Shown here piece after piece: positions 14,475 through 27,356 of a stretch of 64,000 nucleotides of DNA. The DNA lies in contig OZ024756.1 in the NCBI GenBank assembly GCA_964016885.1, positions 20,398,001-20,462,000 of the forward strand, in the 5' to 3' direction. Both the position numbers and the translations under genes were made by a program. Origin of the DNA: Eledone cirrhosa. Its lineage: Eukaryota. The notes under the pieces are model-generated. The model did not search any database. It saw nothing but the letters and a program-made list of their open reading frames with translations, and was not told the DNA's origin. How positions within the stretch are numbered: the stretch's first letter is position 1; every line of letters begins with the position of its first letter.

Positions 14475-14982
14475 AGCACCACCATCACCTACTACTACTA
14501 CTACTACTACTACCACTACCACCACCACTATAACTACTACTACTACCACCACCACCACTACTACTACTATTACCACTACCAAAACTACCACCTCCACCAC
14601 TACAACCTCCACCACCACCTCAACTACCACCACCCCTACCACCTCAACCACCACTACCACCGCCACCACTACTACAACCACCACAACAACTACCACTACT
14701 GCCACCACCACCACCACCACCAAAACCACCACGAGAACTACCACTACTACTATCACCACCACCACAACCACCACAACAACTACCACTACTACTACCACCA
14801 CCACCACCACAACCACCACGACAACTACCACTACTACCACTACCACCACTACCATCATCACCACAACCACCACGACAACTACCACTACTACCACTACCAC
14901 CACTACCATCACCACTACAACTACCACCACCACTACCACTATTACTACAACTACCACCACCACTACCACTATTGCCACTACT
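14475..14982 (+). repeat. (ACC/ACT/ACA)n trinucleotide tract
   Basis: Direct reading. Confidence 0.9.
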
Positions 14983-15170
14983 AGGACTTGCCAGATACAA
15001 GTTTGTTTTTCACAGACTCATAAAAGACAAACTAACAGACGAGAGCAATGACTTTAACAGTTTCATTGACTGTAGAGTTGTTTCAAACCTAATTTATGAG
15101 ACATATATATGTATATATATATATATACATACACACATATATTATGTATATATATATACATACATTGTAT

Positions 15171-15505
15171 GGAGGCACATGGCTTAGTGGTTAGAGCATT
15201 GGCCTTGCAATTGAAAGGTTGTGAGTTCAATTCTCAGACCGGGTGATGTGTTGTTTGCTTGAGCAAGACACTTTATTTCACATTGCTCCAGTTTACTCAG
15301 CTGTAGAAATGAGATGATAGGGACTGGGGTCCCTATCATTCCACTGCAAAGTGGTCGTGGAGGTGCGACGGCAAAAAAGCACCCAGCACTCACTGTAAAT
15401 GAGGTTGGTGTTAGGAAGGGCATCCAGCTGTAGAAATCAAGCCAGAATCAGTTCCCGTCCCACCCTTGCAAGCAGGGAAAAAGCGGACGTAAAATGAAAA
15501 AATGG
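15171..15505 (+). mobile_element. tRNA-derived SINE with RTE-type tail; other copies at 22605-22893 (-), 26810-27141 (-), 4985-5108 (-, head only)
   Basis: A box TGGCTTAGTGG and B box GTTCAATTC, central CTTGAGCAAGACACTTTA, then GTTGGTGTTAGGAAGGGCATCC and ...GGACGTAAAATGA. Confidence 0.85.
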
Positions 15506-15641
15506 AATACATACATATATATGAAACACAAATTTAAATTTTGAAGACCAACACAATGCGAATGGAGAATGTTAAATTGCCAAGATAACAAAAGAATCTT
15601 ACCTTAGCAAATTTAACGGTCCCAAACATTATTGTCTTTAA

Positions 15642-15855
15642 CCCTTTAGCATTCACATTACTCTATATATACTATTATATTTTCATGGCTCTACCTCACA
15701 TAATTATCTCACATAATATCAAATCTATGAGATTTTGAAAGTATTTATTTTGAGAACAATACCTTAACATCAGTTTGAGCGACCAGTTACAGCCAGTTTC
15801 AACAGAAAGAGGTAGAGAATTCTGGCCGGTTTTGGCCGGTTTCAACATTAAAGGG
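15642..15855 (-). mobile_element. piggyBac-type MITE, same family
   Basis: TTAA-CCCTTTAGC...AAAGGG-TTAA. The interior is the reverse complement of 3726-3946. Confidence 0.85.
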
Positions 15856-16287
15856 TTAAAAACACATTATCAAGGAAGGGAGTAAACCTATAAAGCTTAA
15901 AATCGATCAGATAGATTTGTTTGTATGGGAGCAGATTTAAGTGAAATGAAATGAAAAGACGTTAAAATTTCAAACGTGCGTGTTGTGAATGTATGATATA
16001 TGTATGTGTGTGAGTGAATGTTTGTATGCGAGTGCATAAATATAAGTATATGTGTATATATATATATATATATCAACTCATGTTAGCGTGGAAGGTTGAT
16101 GTTAAATGATGATGATGATGATGATCATCATCATCATCATCACCGTCTAATGTCTTATTTTTCCACACATGCATGGGTTAGACGGGGTGTCCATGTTAAG
16201 AGACAAGTCTGGCCAGTTGGCCATGCCGTACCTTGCTCAAATGGAACTGTATATAACACCAACCACGTTTATAATATATATATATAT

Positions 16288-16440
16288 CTAAAAGTCTAAA
16301 GTCTGTCTTGAGCCAGAAGGCTCATTTGGCCGGTACTTATCCCGGTTTCATGGCGCGAAGTGACTGAGAGTACAAGACTCCCCCCTGGACCAGTCCATCA
16401 CAGGGTTAAACTCCCGGCTATTGCTGGTACTCATTTTCAT
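16288..16440 (-). mobile_element. Fragment of a conserved-domain (Meta-like) SINE
   Basis: GGCCGGTACTTATCCCGGTTTC...CTCCCCCCTGGA..AGTCCATCACAGGGTT..GCTGGTACTCATTT resembles widespread metazoan SINE bodies (from recall). Confidence 0.5.
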
Positions 16441-16562
16441 ATATGTGTGTGTGTGTATGTGTGTGTGTGCGTGTGCAAAAAGTAAACAAATAACAAAGCA
16501 AACAACACAGTACAATGAAGAAATATATTAGTTTAACGCTTGATATAGTAGGTAAAGAGTCG

Positions 16563-16595
16563 TAACGTTTCGGACATTAGTCCTTCATCAGAAAA
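16563..16595 (-). ncRNA. Minimal hammerhead (family B), weak stem I
   Basis: Minus strand CTGATGA-A-GGA(CTAATG)TCC-GAAACGTTA. Tail similar to 17999-18090. Confidence 0.65.
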
Positions 16596-17130
16596 TAGAA
16601 TGAGAAACAAAAGACGAAATAGAAAGATAGAGAACATGAAAAGGAAGGAATGGAAAACATTTTTCTTTTTTTTTTTTGAGAAAAAGCACGTGTGAATATA
16701 CATGTGCTTTATCTCTAAAAAACGTTTGATAAAATCAGCCGTACTGGATATTGGTATATATATAGTTTAAGGATTGTAATGTCAAGTTACAGTAGGTTCA
16801 CCAGCATGTATTTTGGTGTTGTACTAAGCAGATTGAACCTTGAGCTGATTAATCGTGAAACACGTGTCACACATCAATAAATGTAATGAAAATTAAACAC
16901 TTCATCAACACCCGAGTGCAAATCCCGCCGAGGTTAGCTTTGCCTTTCATCCTTACAGGGTCAATAAAATAAAATACCAGTAATGCACTGGGGCTGATTT
17001 AATCGACTTTCTCCTCCCTTTCAAATTATATATATATATATATACATAGTGAAAACTGGGACGGGAACAAAAACAGAGAGGCAGTACAAACAAAAGTTTA
17101 TTAGGTTCATGCTCTTGAGAGTGGGGGGGG

Positions 17131-17167
17131 GGTCAACGTTTCGGGCATAAGCCGTTCTTCAGGAGAA
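17131..17167 (-). ncRNA. Minimal hammerhead, CUGAAGA core
   Basis: Minus strand CTC-CTGAAGA-ACGGC(TTAT)GCCC-GAAACGTT-GAC. Its tail (17050-17125) recurs at 10019-10092 on the + strand. Confidence 0.6.
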
Positions 17168-17419
17168 TATATATATATATATACATATGTATATAGTATA
17201 ACTAAGGAAGTGTGGTAAGGAACCAGATGGACCATAACGCACCAGAGTACTCAATACTTAGGGTAGTAGAGTGGGTAATAGGAAAATGTTCAAGACCCTT
17301 ATGGCAGAGCTCAAGGCGTTTCGACGGCTATTTCTGAGTCCAGAAATAGCCGTCGAAACGGCTTGAGCTCTGCCGTCGGGATCTTGAACATTTTCCTATA
17401 TATATATATATATACATAC

Positions 17420-17459
<40 letters not shown>

Positions 17460-17650
17460 TAGGTAATTCCGAAGAAAAAGCAAAGGAAAAAAGAGTACTC
17501 TATGTATAGAACAGAGTTATTTAATTAGAAAGTGAACAACACAATATATAACTACTCCATTACCAAAGGTTTCAGGACCCTAAACAATATTAAGGATCCA
17601 GAAACCTTTGGTAATGGAATAGTTATATATTGTGTTGTTCACTTTCTAAT

Positions 17651-17701
<51 letters not shown>

Positions 17702-17962
17702 AAAATGTTTAACCCTGATGACAGCTGAAGCCGTTTCAATGAAATGGCTTCAGCTCTGCCGTCAGGGTTAGTTAAACATTTTCCTATTACCCACTCTACT
17801 ACCCAAAGTATTGAGTACTCTGGTGCGTTATGGTCCATCTGGTTCCTTACCACACCTCCTTCGTTATATATATATGGCAACATGAATGGACCTGTTATTT
17901 TTATCTAAAGACATTTTTTTCCATCCCGCCCGTCCCCTCAATCTATCTTATTTCTCGTTATT

Positions 17963-17998
17963 TCTTCTGATGAAGGACTAGCATCCGAAACGTTAAGA
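17963..17998 (+). ncRNA. Minimal hammerhead (family B)
   Basis: TCTT-CTGATGA-A-GGA(CTAGCA)TCC-GAAACGTT-AAGA, followed by a ~90 nt tail ending at TA repeats. Confidence 0.72.
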
Positions 17999-18233
17999 CC
18001 CTCTACCTTCTATAGCAAGCATTAACCTAATATATACCTTCCATTTACTGTACCAATTATGTTGTTATTTCTGTTTACCTTTTACATACATATATATATA
18101 TATATGTATGAGGCAGTGAACTTTTTCAGTGCTATGGAATTTAGTCCTCGCTAGCTTATTACATCCACTGAATTATTATTTTTATATGGGTTCCTAGTGT
18201 CCGCGCATTGCCTGGGAACTTAGCTGAGAATAG

Positions 18234-18315
18234 ACTCCCTGATGACGTAATGAATTCTCGATAGTTATATTGTATAACTATATTTATCCCATTACAGAAA
18301 CTAATTAGTTGGAGT
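18234..18315 (+). ncRNA. Type I hammerhead with extended stem II
   Basis: ACTCC-CTGATGA-C-GTAATG...ATAGTTATA(TTG)TATAACTAT...CATTAC-A-GAA-ACTAATTAGT-T-GGAGT. Stem III is palindromic. Confidence 0.8.
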
Positions 18316-18605
18316 GAAAATTTTAGTAAGTAAGTTAATTTTTAATTTTTAAAATTTTCTTATTTTACGTCTTTCATATATATATATTATATATATATAA
18401 TTTTCGTTCACTGTTATATAAATTGGACTACCTTCCTGCAACATCATTATAAACAATGTTTCTTCTCTGAAGATTCTATGAAAATATCCCTTATAGCAAT
18501 ATATATACATATATACACACATATATAGAACGGTGAATCATAAAGGAATATTATTATCCAGGAATATTTCACCTGTCAAGTTTTTATATCTGTTCATTAT
18601 AAGCA

Positions 18606-18643
<38 letters not shown>

Positions 18644-18767
18644 TATATAGGTTTAACACATCTTATTTAGGTTTAACACGTCTTTCCATGATAATTTTTC
18701 TAAAATATCCTTCTCTATTCTTCTGAATTTTGGCTTGTTCTAGCCGATGATATTTTTTGTCTTTTTC

Positions 18768-18812
18768 TTGCTCTGATGAGTCCTTATTACTGGGACGAAA
18801 CATTGTCAGCAA
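18768..18812 (+). ncRNA. Type I minimal hammerhead ribozyme, canonical
   Basis: TTGCT-CTGATGA-GTCC(TTATTACTG)GGAC-GAA-AC(ATT)GT-C-AGCAA. All three stems pair and the cleavage triplet is GUC (after 18807). Confidence 0.9.
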
Positions 18813-18955
18813 ATAGAGATTATTAATGTATTAAAGGCTTCTTTGTTAATTTATATAATTTTTCGGCTCTGTTTGATAACATTGAGCTATCTCTTATACT
18901 GCCATTTCTCTAATACGACGAGTGTGTTTGACTCAAATGCACTCAAGTATTTTTA

Positions 18956-19030
<75 letters not shown>

Positions 19031-19634
19031 TAATATATCGTATATATATATATATTTATTAAAATAACAGATTAAAGTTTAAGCAAAGAATTGCTGCTTT
19101 CACCCTTAACGGGATCTTCTGAAACTCAATATTTGCTCTAGGGTTCTTATATATATTTATCCTTATCGTGGCCTCTTTTGATTTTAGTCTTCACATTTAT
19201 TATTATTACTATATATATATATATTGAAAGGATAACAAGGACGATTGGTTACTCCTTCATTACATTTATTGGTTGGTGACACGTGTTTCACCAATGATCA
19301 GCTCAAGGTTCGATCTGTATCGATCTTACCCGACTCAATAATCGGCAGCTCGAGCTGTAATGAAGGAGTAACCGATCATCCTTGTTATCCTTTCAATATA
19401 GTACACTCTGTATAGCTCTACACCTCAACACAGAAGTGAACCTAAACATCGAGTGCTCACCCGGGTGAACCTGCAGTAACTCCAAGTTACACTCCAAGCC
19501 ACTCTCTCCTACTTCTCCAACCCCTGCATATCTTTCCTTCTCTCTCCTTCTTCCCTACTTTTCTCTCTTCCTGTTCCACTCTATCTTCCCCAACAACCCC
19601 ACTTAAGGGTTTTTACATTGTACATTTACCATTC

Positions 19635-19746
19635 TGCTCTGAGGAAACAGTGGTCACAGCATTGGATATTCGAGTTCTGCAAATACTTGTGAATTTGCAC
19701 GTAGCGGAACTAGGCTGCAGTACCACCGTGGAAACACTTGTAAGCA
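19635..19746 (+). ncRNA. Type I hammerhead with long branched stem II
   Basis: TGCT-CTGAGGA-AACAGTGGT...ACCACCGTG-GAA-AC(ACTT)GT-A-AGCA, with a GUA triplet. Confidence 0.75.
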
Positions 19747-19946
19747 CACGGAATAAATTACCTTTTTATGATGTCTACCTGTTATTATTCATTCTTTATA
19801 TATATATATATATATATAGTGGCCAACATCACAGAATAAATATACAATATTAATCTAATATCAATAAGTGATAAGTGATAAACCTCTTAAACTTAAAAGA
19901 CCCTGGTTCAAGATGTTAACATATATAACCAACAAATGATACCATA

Positions 19947-20833
19947 AGTGGTGGTGGTGGTGGTGCAGGTGGTAATGGTTATGGTAGTTGTGGTGATGGT
20001 GATGGTGGTGGTGGTGGTGGTGGTGGTGGTGGTGGTTATGGTGTTAGTAGTGGTGGCGATGATGATGGTTGAAGTAGTGGTGGGGGTGCTGATGGTGCAG
20101 GTGGTTATTGTGGTGGTGATGATGGTGGTGGTGGTGGTGGCGATGATGATGGTTGAAGTAGTGGTGGGGGTGCTGATGGTGCAGGTGGTTATTGTGGTGG
20201 TGATGATTGTGGTGGTGGTGGTGGTGGTGGAAGTGGGGGTTGCGGTGGTTATGGTGTTGGTAGTGGTGGTGATGGTGAGGGTTGAGGTAGTGGTAAGAGT
20301 GGTGTTTGTGCTGGTGATGGTGATGATGATAGAGGTAGTGGTGGTAGTTTTGATGGTGGCAGTAGTGGTGGTTATGGTGGTGGTGATGGTGTGATGGTGA
20401 TAGTTGAGGTAGTGGTGGGGGTGCTGATGGTGCTGGTGGTTATTGTGGTGGTGGTAGTGGTGGGGGTGCTGATGGTGCTGGTGGTTATTGTGGTGGTGAT
20501 GATTGTGGTGGTAGTGGTGGCGGTAGTGGTGGTGGTGGTGGTGGTAGTGGGGGTTGTGGTGGTGGTTATGGTGTTGGTAGTGGTGGTGATGGTGAGGGTT
20601 GAGGTAGTGGTAAGTGTGTTGTTGGTGCTGGTGATAGAGGTAGTGGTGATGGTTGTTGTGGTTGTGGTGGTGGTGATGGTTGAGGTAGTGGTGGGGGTGC
20701 TGATGGTGCTGGTGGATATTATGGTGGTGATGATGGTGGTGGTAGTGGTGGTGGTTGAGGTAGTGGTAAGGGTGGTGGTGATGGTTGAGGTAGTGGTAGT
20801 GGTGGTGATGGTTGTGGTTGTGGTGGTGGTGGG
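19947..20833 (+). repeat. (GTG/GTA/ATG)n trinucleotide tract with internal duplications
   Basis: Direct reading. Confidence 0.9.
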
Positions 20834-21789
20834 GTCAGGGCTATGTGGAGGGAGAGAACTGTTATTTTTAAAACACTTCCATTTATCTTGAATGTCCTTA
20901 AGTCACATGTTTATATTATGTCATTCATTCCACCTCACCCCACCCTCGCCCCACTCCACCTCGCCTGCACCCTCAACCCCCACCCCTCACCTCCACCCCC
21001 ACCCCATCCTCAACCCCCACTCCATCCCCTTCCATAATCTTGCTACCAATAATAGCAAATAGGTCTTTTTGACCAGAAAACTTATATATTATCTCTCTCT
21101 CTCTCCCTCTCACCTCCACCCCTCTCTCTCTCCACTCTCACCCTCTCTCTCTCCCCTCTAACTCTCTTTCCACCCTCACTTCTCACCCTCCCTCCTTCCC
21201 TCAATGTCAACAACATACAACAGGAGACAGAAATCTTTTCATTCTCAATATTATCAAAAAACAACAACAACAACAACAAATAAACAAAAATACAATAACA
21301 AAAAAAAAAAAAAACACACACACACACACAAAAACACGAACAAAACTAAATAAAAAGAAGTACTCGTCCTGATGATATAACCTCGTTAGTTCATTAGTTC
21401 ATTAGTAACAAACAATTAAGTTATGTGTTGGTGATGATCTAATTTAATAAGTTGAGGTCATGTGACATTGTTGAAAGAGTCAACAACGCTTTAAGTGAAA
21501 TGTCTTCAGAGGAGGGAGGGGGGGGGGGGGGTGAAGGGACACATCATGTAGAGGGAGAAGACCTGTCCAACCCAGGCAAAAAAAACATGGAAAGACAGAC
21601 ATAAAATCTTGTTGTTGTTGATGATGATGATATGAAGGAACACAATTGGAGGGAAATCTGTGTACTGGAGAAAAGATCTCTCCATCCCAGAGAAACGTGG
21701 AAACACAGACATGAAAATGTTGATGATATATATATATCCCTTCCATATACTGTACTGATTGTGTTGTTATTTCTGTTTACCTTTTACAT

Positions 21790-22337
21790 CAGGGCGATCA
21801 AAATAGACGGTAGCCACGGAGTAGCCAGACCCAGAAAAACCTGGGACGACTTGATAAATTCCGACCTCACACACTTACACTTCTCCAAGACAATGTCACT
21901 GGACCGAGATCTTTGGCGCTACACAGTAATACAGAAGACCCGCCTTGCCTAAGTGCAAAGGAAAACCTACTACAGTCAGTAGGCACCTCTTACCAAAATA
22001 CACCCCCGTCCCACTACCCCCACCCCAGCCACACCACCCCTTTCGATGTAAAGTTATGTTGGTACCACAACATCCAGTCCTAAATAAATGAGGTCGTGTA
22101 GGTGTCACAACAAAAAAAACACACAGTCCACGCTGTAATGTGGCTGTGTAGGTAACACGGTAAAAACCTCCCAGTCCACACTGTAAACGTGGTTGGTGTT
22201 AGGAAGGGCATCCAGCCGTAGAAAACCCGCCAGACAGTCCTATGCGAGCAAGACAACCAATCTTGCCTCAAGTGGGAAAATTCCTGTCTAAACCCATGCT
22301 AGCGTGGAAGATGGACATTAAACGATGATGATGATGA
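21790..22337 (+). mobile_element. RTE-clade LINE 3' end
   Basis: IDGSHGVARPRKTWDDLINSDL...DRDLWRY C-terminus, 3' UTR and (GAT)n tail. Confidence 0.8.
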
Positions 22338-22402
22338 TATATATAATATATATATATCCCTTCCATATACTGTACCGATTGTGTTGTTATTTCTGTTTAC
22401 CA

Positions 22403-22433
<31 letters not shown>

Positions 22434-22896
22434 GATAGAAATTTAACAATGAAAATAATAACAACAAAGTCAAGTTATTTTACCTATTCATATCATTGTT
22501 TTACTGACATATTGATTGATCTATAGCAGTTATATAACTGTATACTATCAGACTTCATTTATTAGGTTCGATCAGACTGTCTTCTTTGGAAACAAAATAT
22601 CATCATTTCATTTTACGTCCGCTTTTTCCCTGCTTGCAAGGGTGGGACGGGAACTGATTCTGGCCTGATTTCTACAGCTGGATGCCCTTCCTAACACCAA
22701 CCTCATTTACAGTGAGTGCTGGGTGCTTTTTTGCCGTGGCACCTCCACGACTCATTTCTACAGCTGAGTAAACTGGAGCAATGTGAAATAAAGTATCTTG
22801 CTCAAGGAAACAACACATCACCCGGTCTGAGAATTGAACTCACAACCTTTCGATTGCAAGGCCAATGCTCTAACCACTAAGCCATATGCCTCCATC

Positions 22897-22927
<31 letters not shown>

Positions 22928-23523
22928 CATCGTCATCATATATATATCATCGTCATCATCATCGTTTTACGTCCATTTTTCCATGCTAGCGTGGGTTAGA
23001 CGAGTTATCCTGTTGTGGGCAATGCTAGGTCAGGTGACCGTACCTTGCTCGTGTAGAAATGATTTGGGGCTGGTTTCTACAGCTGCATGCCCTTCCTAAC
23101 ACCAACCTCATTTACTGTGACCACTGAGTGCTTTTTGTCATGACACCAACACAACCACTTTACTGTGTGGACTGGGTGATTTTTGTCGTGAAACCTACAT
23201 AACTACTTTACAGTGAGGGCTGGGTGCTTTTTGTTGTGACACCTACACAACCACCTTACAGTAGGAGGGGTGCTTTTTGTTGTGAAACCCATGCAACCAC
23301 TTTACAGTGTGGCATGAGGGCTCTACTGGATGTATACTTTGGCCTGTCCTCATGGGAGATGTATAGGAGTTTGGGGTGGGGTGGTGCATATATATACACA
23401 CACATACGTACATATTTAATCCTATAAGAATTAGATCAATGATTTCTGACAACAAAGGATATTGATTCAATTACAATTTTGAAGATGTAAGAGACAAAGA
23501 TGTCATGAGGAATAGAAGGGAAG

Positions 23524-23570
<47 letters not shown>

Positions 23571-23717
23571 AGATAGTTAAGAGTGAGAGAGAGAGAGATA
23601 CATAGATAGATAGAAATAGAGACAGATACATAGATATATAGATATATAGATAGATAGATATACATAGATAGATAGATAGAGAGAGAGAGAGATACATAGA
23701 TAGATAGATAGACAGAT

Positions 23718-23772
<55 letters not shown>

Positions 23773-23773
23773 T

Positions 23774-23810
<37 letters not shown>

Positions 23811-23924
23811 AGGTGGGAAGCAGAGATTAAGATAAATAAATAAATAAATAAAGGAGCCACAGAAAACTATAAGGTTTATTTGCAGAACATAAACAGTTGT
23901 CTAAATATATTTCTAAATATGTAC

Positions 23925-24419
23925 ATGGACATGTGCTGCATAAAAAGGTGCAGTCGATGGAAGCCGCGGAGTGGGGAGACCCAAGAAGACCTGGGATGAG
24001 GTGATAAAAGCCGACCTTACGCAATTGCACCTCTCAAAGGTGATAACACATGACCGTGACCTCTGGCGCCTCGCAGTAATACAGAAGACCCGACCCCCCC
24101 ACGGGTACAAGCATATAAACAATATGCCCCCCCCCCCCCCCACTGCAAAGTGGTCATGGAGGTGCCATGGCAAAAAAGCACCCAGCCCACACTGTAAAGT
24201 GGACGTGTAGGCGCCACGGAAAAAAAGCACCCAGCACTCACTGTAAATGAGGTTGGTGTTAGGAAGGGCATCCAGCTGTAGAAATCAAGCCAGAATCAGT
24301 TTGTGTATGAGCAAGACAAGGTCAGCCGACTGGACACTGCCCACAACAGGAAAACCCGTCTAACCCATGCTAGCGTGGAAGAATGGACGTAAAACGGTGA
24401 TGATGATGATGATGATGAT
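23925..24419 (+). mobile_element. RTE-clade LINE 3' end
   Basis: VDGSRGVGRPKKTWDEVIKADL...DRDLWRLAV, followed by a (GAT)n tail. Confidence 0.8.
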
Positions 24420-25047
24420 TTCTTGGTTTTTCAAATAAAATTGAGAAAAAAATATCTCCAAAAAAAAATGAAAGAAAAAAAAAGAATTTTTTAGAACTGC
24501 TGTAAAATGTTATTTTTTCTCTCACCTCTAAAAGAATTTTATTTTAAAGAATTTAAGTAAAGTAAAAAATGTTTAGGAACCTTATAGAATGTGATGAACA
24601 ATAGTTTTAGTCAACAGACAATATTCTTCAAACAGATTTTCCTCCAAACACAGAATCGGTTTTATTTCTAAACTATTGTGTTTGTAGTTTTATAGTTGAG
24701 AATATATATAGTCAGCCCAATATTTAAAGACTATATATATGTATATATATGCTAGCGCGGAAAGTGGACGTTAAACGAGGATGATGATGATGATGATGAT
24801 ATACATACACACATATATATATATATGTACATACGCACACACACACACATATATATATATCATATATATATACATACATCGGTAATAGCTTTCTCCGTTT
24901 ATGTAATTATGTATACATATATATATATTATATATATTATATATTTATATAACTATGTATATATATATATACATATATATATAACCCATTCTAGATAGGA
25001 AGATGATGATGATAAATATAATATATGTATATATCTATGTATGTATG

Positions 25048-25079
<32 letters not shown>

Positions 25080-25295
25080 GTATATATACATACATATATA
25101 TATATACATATATATATATAACATATGTATATATCTATGTATATATATATATATGTATATATCTATATATACATATATATATAATATATGTATATATATA
25201 GAGAGATATATAATACATGTATATATCTATATATGTATACATATATAGATATAGATACATATATATAATATACATAAATATAAACATATTAGAGT

Positions 25296-25351
<56 letters not shown>

Positions 25352-25604
25352 GCTGTGCCATAGACATGACTACCTTCCTCATGCTAGTGATCTACCCAAT
25401 AAATGCACCAAGTACACTCTGCAATGTGTTTGGTAACAGGAAGGTTATCTTGTCATAAGAACCTGCCGATGAAAAGGTTGTGAGAACTCTTCAGCTGTGT
25501 TAAAGATCTGACAAGTTCCTTAGTGTTAGTGCCAGGATAAGTTGCACTCGGTAGCACACTGGATGGTATGTTAGGTTCCTAGCAATGATAATATATATAT
25601 ATAT

Positions 25605-25992
25605 GTGCTGCTGTACGAGTCTGAGACTTGGACCAAGAAACTCACTCAGACGGTGGATGGGTGCTACACAAGAATGCTGAGCATGGCTCTGAACAATAAT
25701 CAGTATACACTGAGGATGAAGAACTCAGAGCTGCACGGGAGCCTCCCAAAAGTCAGCTCGAGAGTAGCACAGAGGAGGCTGAGGTTAGCTGGACATGCTC
25801 ACCTCAGCCTCCAGTGTTGACACTGCAATCAGTGCTCCTGTGAGAGCCCCTGCATGGACACACTGGAAGAGGAAGATTGAGGTTAACATATGTTGATGCC
25901 CTAAGGACAGACGCAGGACATGGCAGCGATAATGAGGGACAGAGACCGCTGGAGAGAACTCGTCCATGGATCTTGGGAATTTTACCTGCCTA
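25605..25992 (+). mobile_element. RTE/RTE-X LINE fragment
   Basis: LLYESETWT...VDGCYTRML...RRLRLAGH and MRDRDRWRELV. Confidence 0.75.
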
Positions 25993-27314
25993 GACATATA
26001 TATATATATATCGAACTCGTCCTATGGACTGAGTACTTTAGTACAGATATAACCTGCCCCCCTCCTGTGTTTTACCAAAATATATATATTATATATATAT
26101 ATCATCATTGTTTAATGTCCATCTTCCACGCTAGCATGGGTTGGACAGTTTTGTACCACTTGAGGCTGAGATTGGTCTGGAGACCAACCACATTTACAGT
26201 GCGGACTGGGAGCCTTTTTACCGTGTCTCTTACACAACCACTTGAAAGTGTGGACTGGGTGCTTTTTGTGATGTCACCTACACGACCACTTTACAGTGGA
26301 TGGAAATGGCAAGATGGAGTAGGGTGTGATGAATATATATAAGGAATTTGTAGTTTACTTGAAGCATTGTATAAAGAATCTGAAGTTTGAAAGCCCCGAC
26401 AATGCTGGAATGATGAAGTAATTTTTATGTACTTATTATTAAAATACTCCCCAACCTTATACTTATATGAGAACCTGGACTGGTTTACCTACAGTCTAGT
26501 TCCTGATCCCTATCGATTATATACACCTTCGGTTATATACGCCTTGGATTATATATATCTTGAATTATACAATTATACACACCTTTGATGAATAGTTTCG
26601 TTCTTTATAATGATTTTTGAACCATATTTAACTTGGAATTTGCTTGGTATATCTTTACTCATTTTATCTTTCTACATTTTACCCCTGTTTTATATATATA
26701 TCTGTGTGTGTGAGTTTGAGAGAGAGAGTGTGTGTATACTGCATATATATATATATAAATGGTTTACTAACTGTTGCAGAACTAACTAATACACATATAT
26801 ATATATCATCATTTCATTTTACATCCGCTTTTTCCCTGCTTGCAAGGGTGGGATGGGAACTGATTCTGGCTTGATTTCTACAGCTGGACGCCCTTCCTAA
26901 CACCAACCTCATTTACAGTGAGTGCTGGGTGCTTTTTTGCCGTCACACCTCCACGACCACTTTGCAGTGGAATGATATGGACCCCAGTCCCTATCATCTC
27001 ATTTCTACAGCTGAGTAAACTGGAGCAATGTGAAATAAAATGTCTTGCTCAAGGAAACAACACATCACCCGGTCTGGGAATTGAACTCACAACCTTTTGA
27101 TTGCAAGGCCAATGCTCTAACCACTAAGCCATGTGCCTCCATATATATATATAATCTTGTATTATGAAACAATGAGCCCTCAATATGTAAACATAGAGGT
27201 AATTTACATATAATACTGATTTGTCCTCACAAGGGATACTTGCAACTACAGCCAATGAAGAATGTGTGCTGCTGTCAACAATATCTATGAAACTGGTAGT
27301 TTTTTGAATGCATA

Positions 27315-27356
<42 letters not shown>

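Noticed and set aside
14317-15051. ORF resembling a signal peptide plus poly-Thr mucin
   Set aside because: It is built from adjacent (GTT/GCT)n and (ACC)n microsatellites with no recognisable domain. It cannot be fully excluded without RNA data.
15171-15245. tRNA-like sequence with A and B boxes
   Set aside because: It is a SINE head present in several copies and does not form a complete cloverleaf.
18467-18500. CTGAAGA followed by a weak hairpin; also a lone GAAACAATTGTA near 37174
   Set aside because: Only half of a hammerhead core is visible in each, so they were not counted.
19948-20891. Poly-Val membrane-like ORFs
   Set aside because: They are translations of a (GTG)n tract.
21455-21467. 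GAGGTCATGTGAC (E-box/CLEAR-like) site, and AP-1/TEAD-like words near 12715-12736
   Set aside because: Short motifs like these are expected by chance and there is no supporting context.
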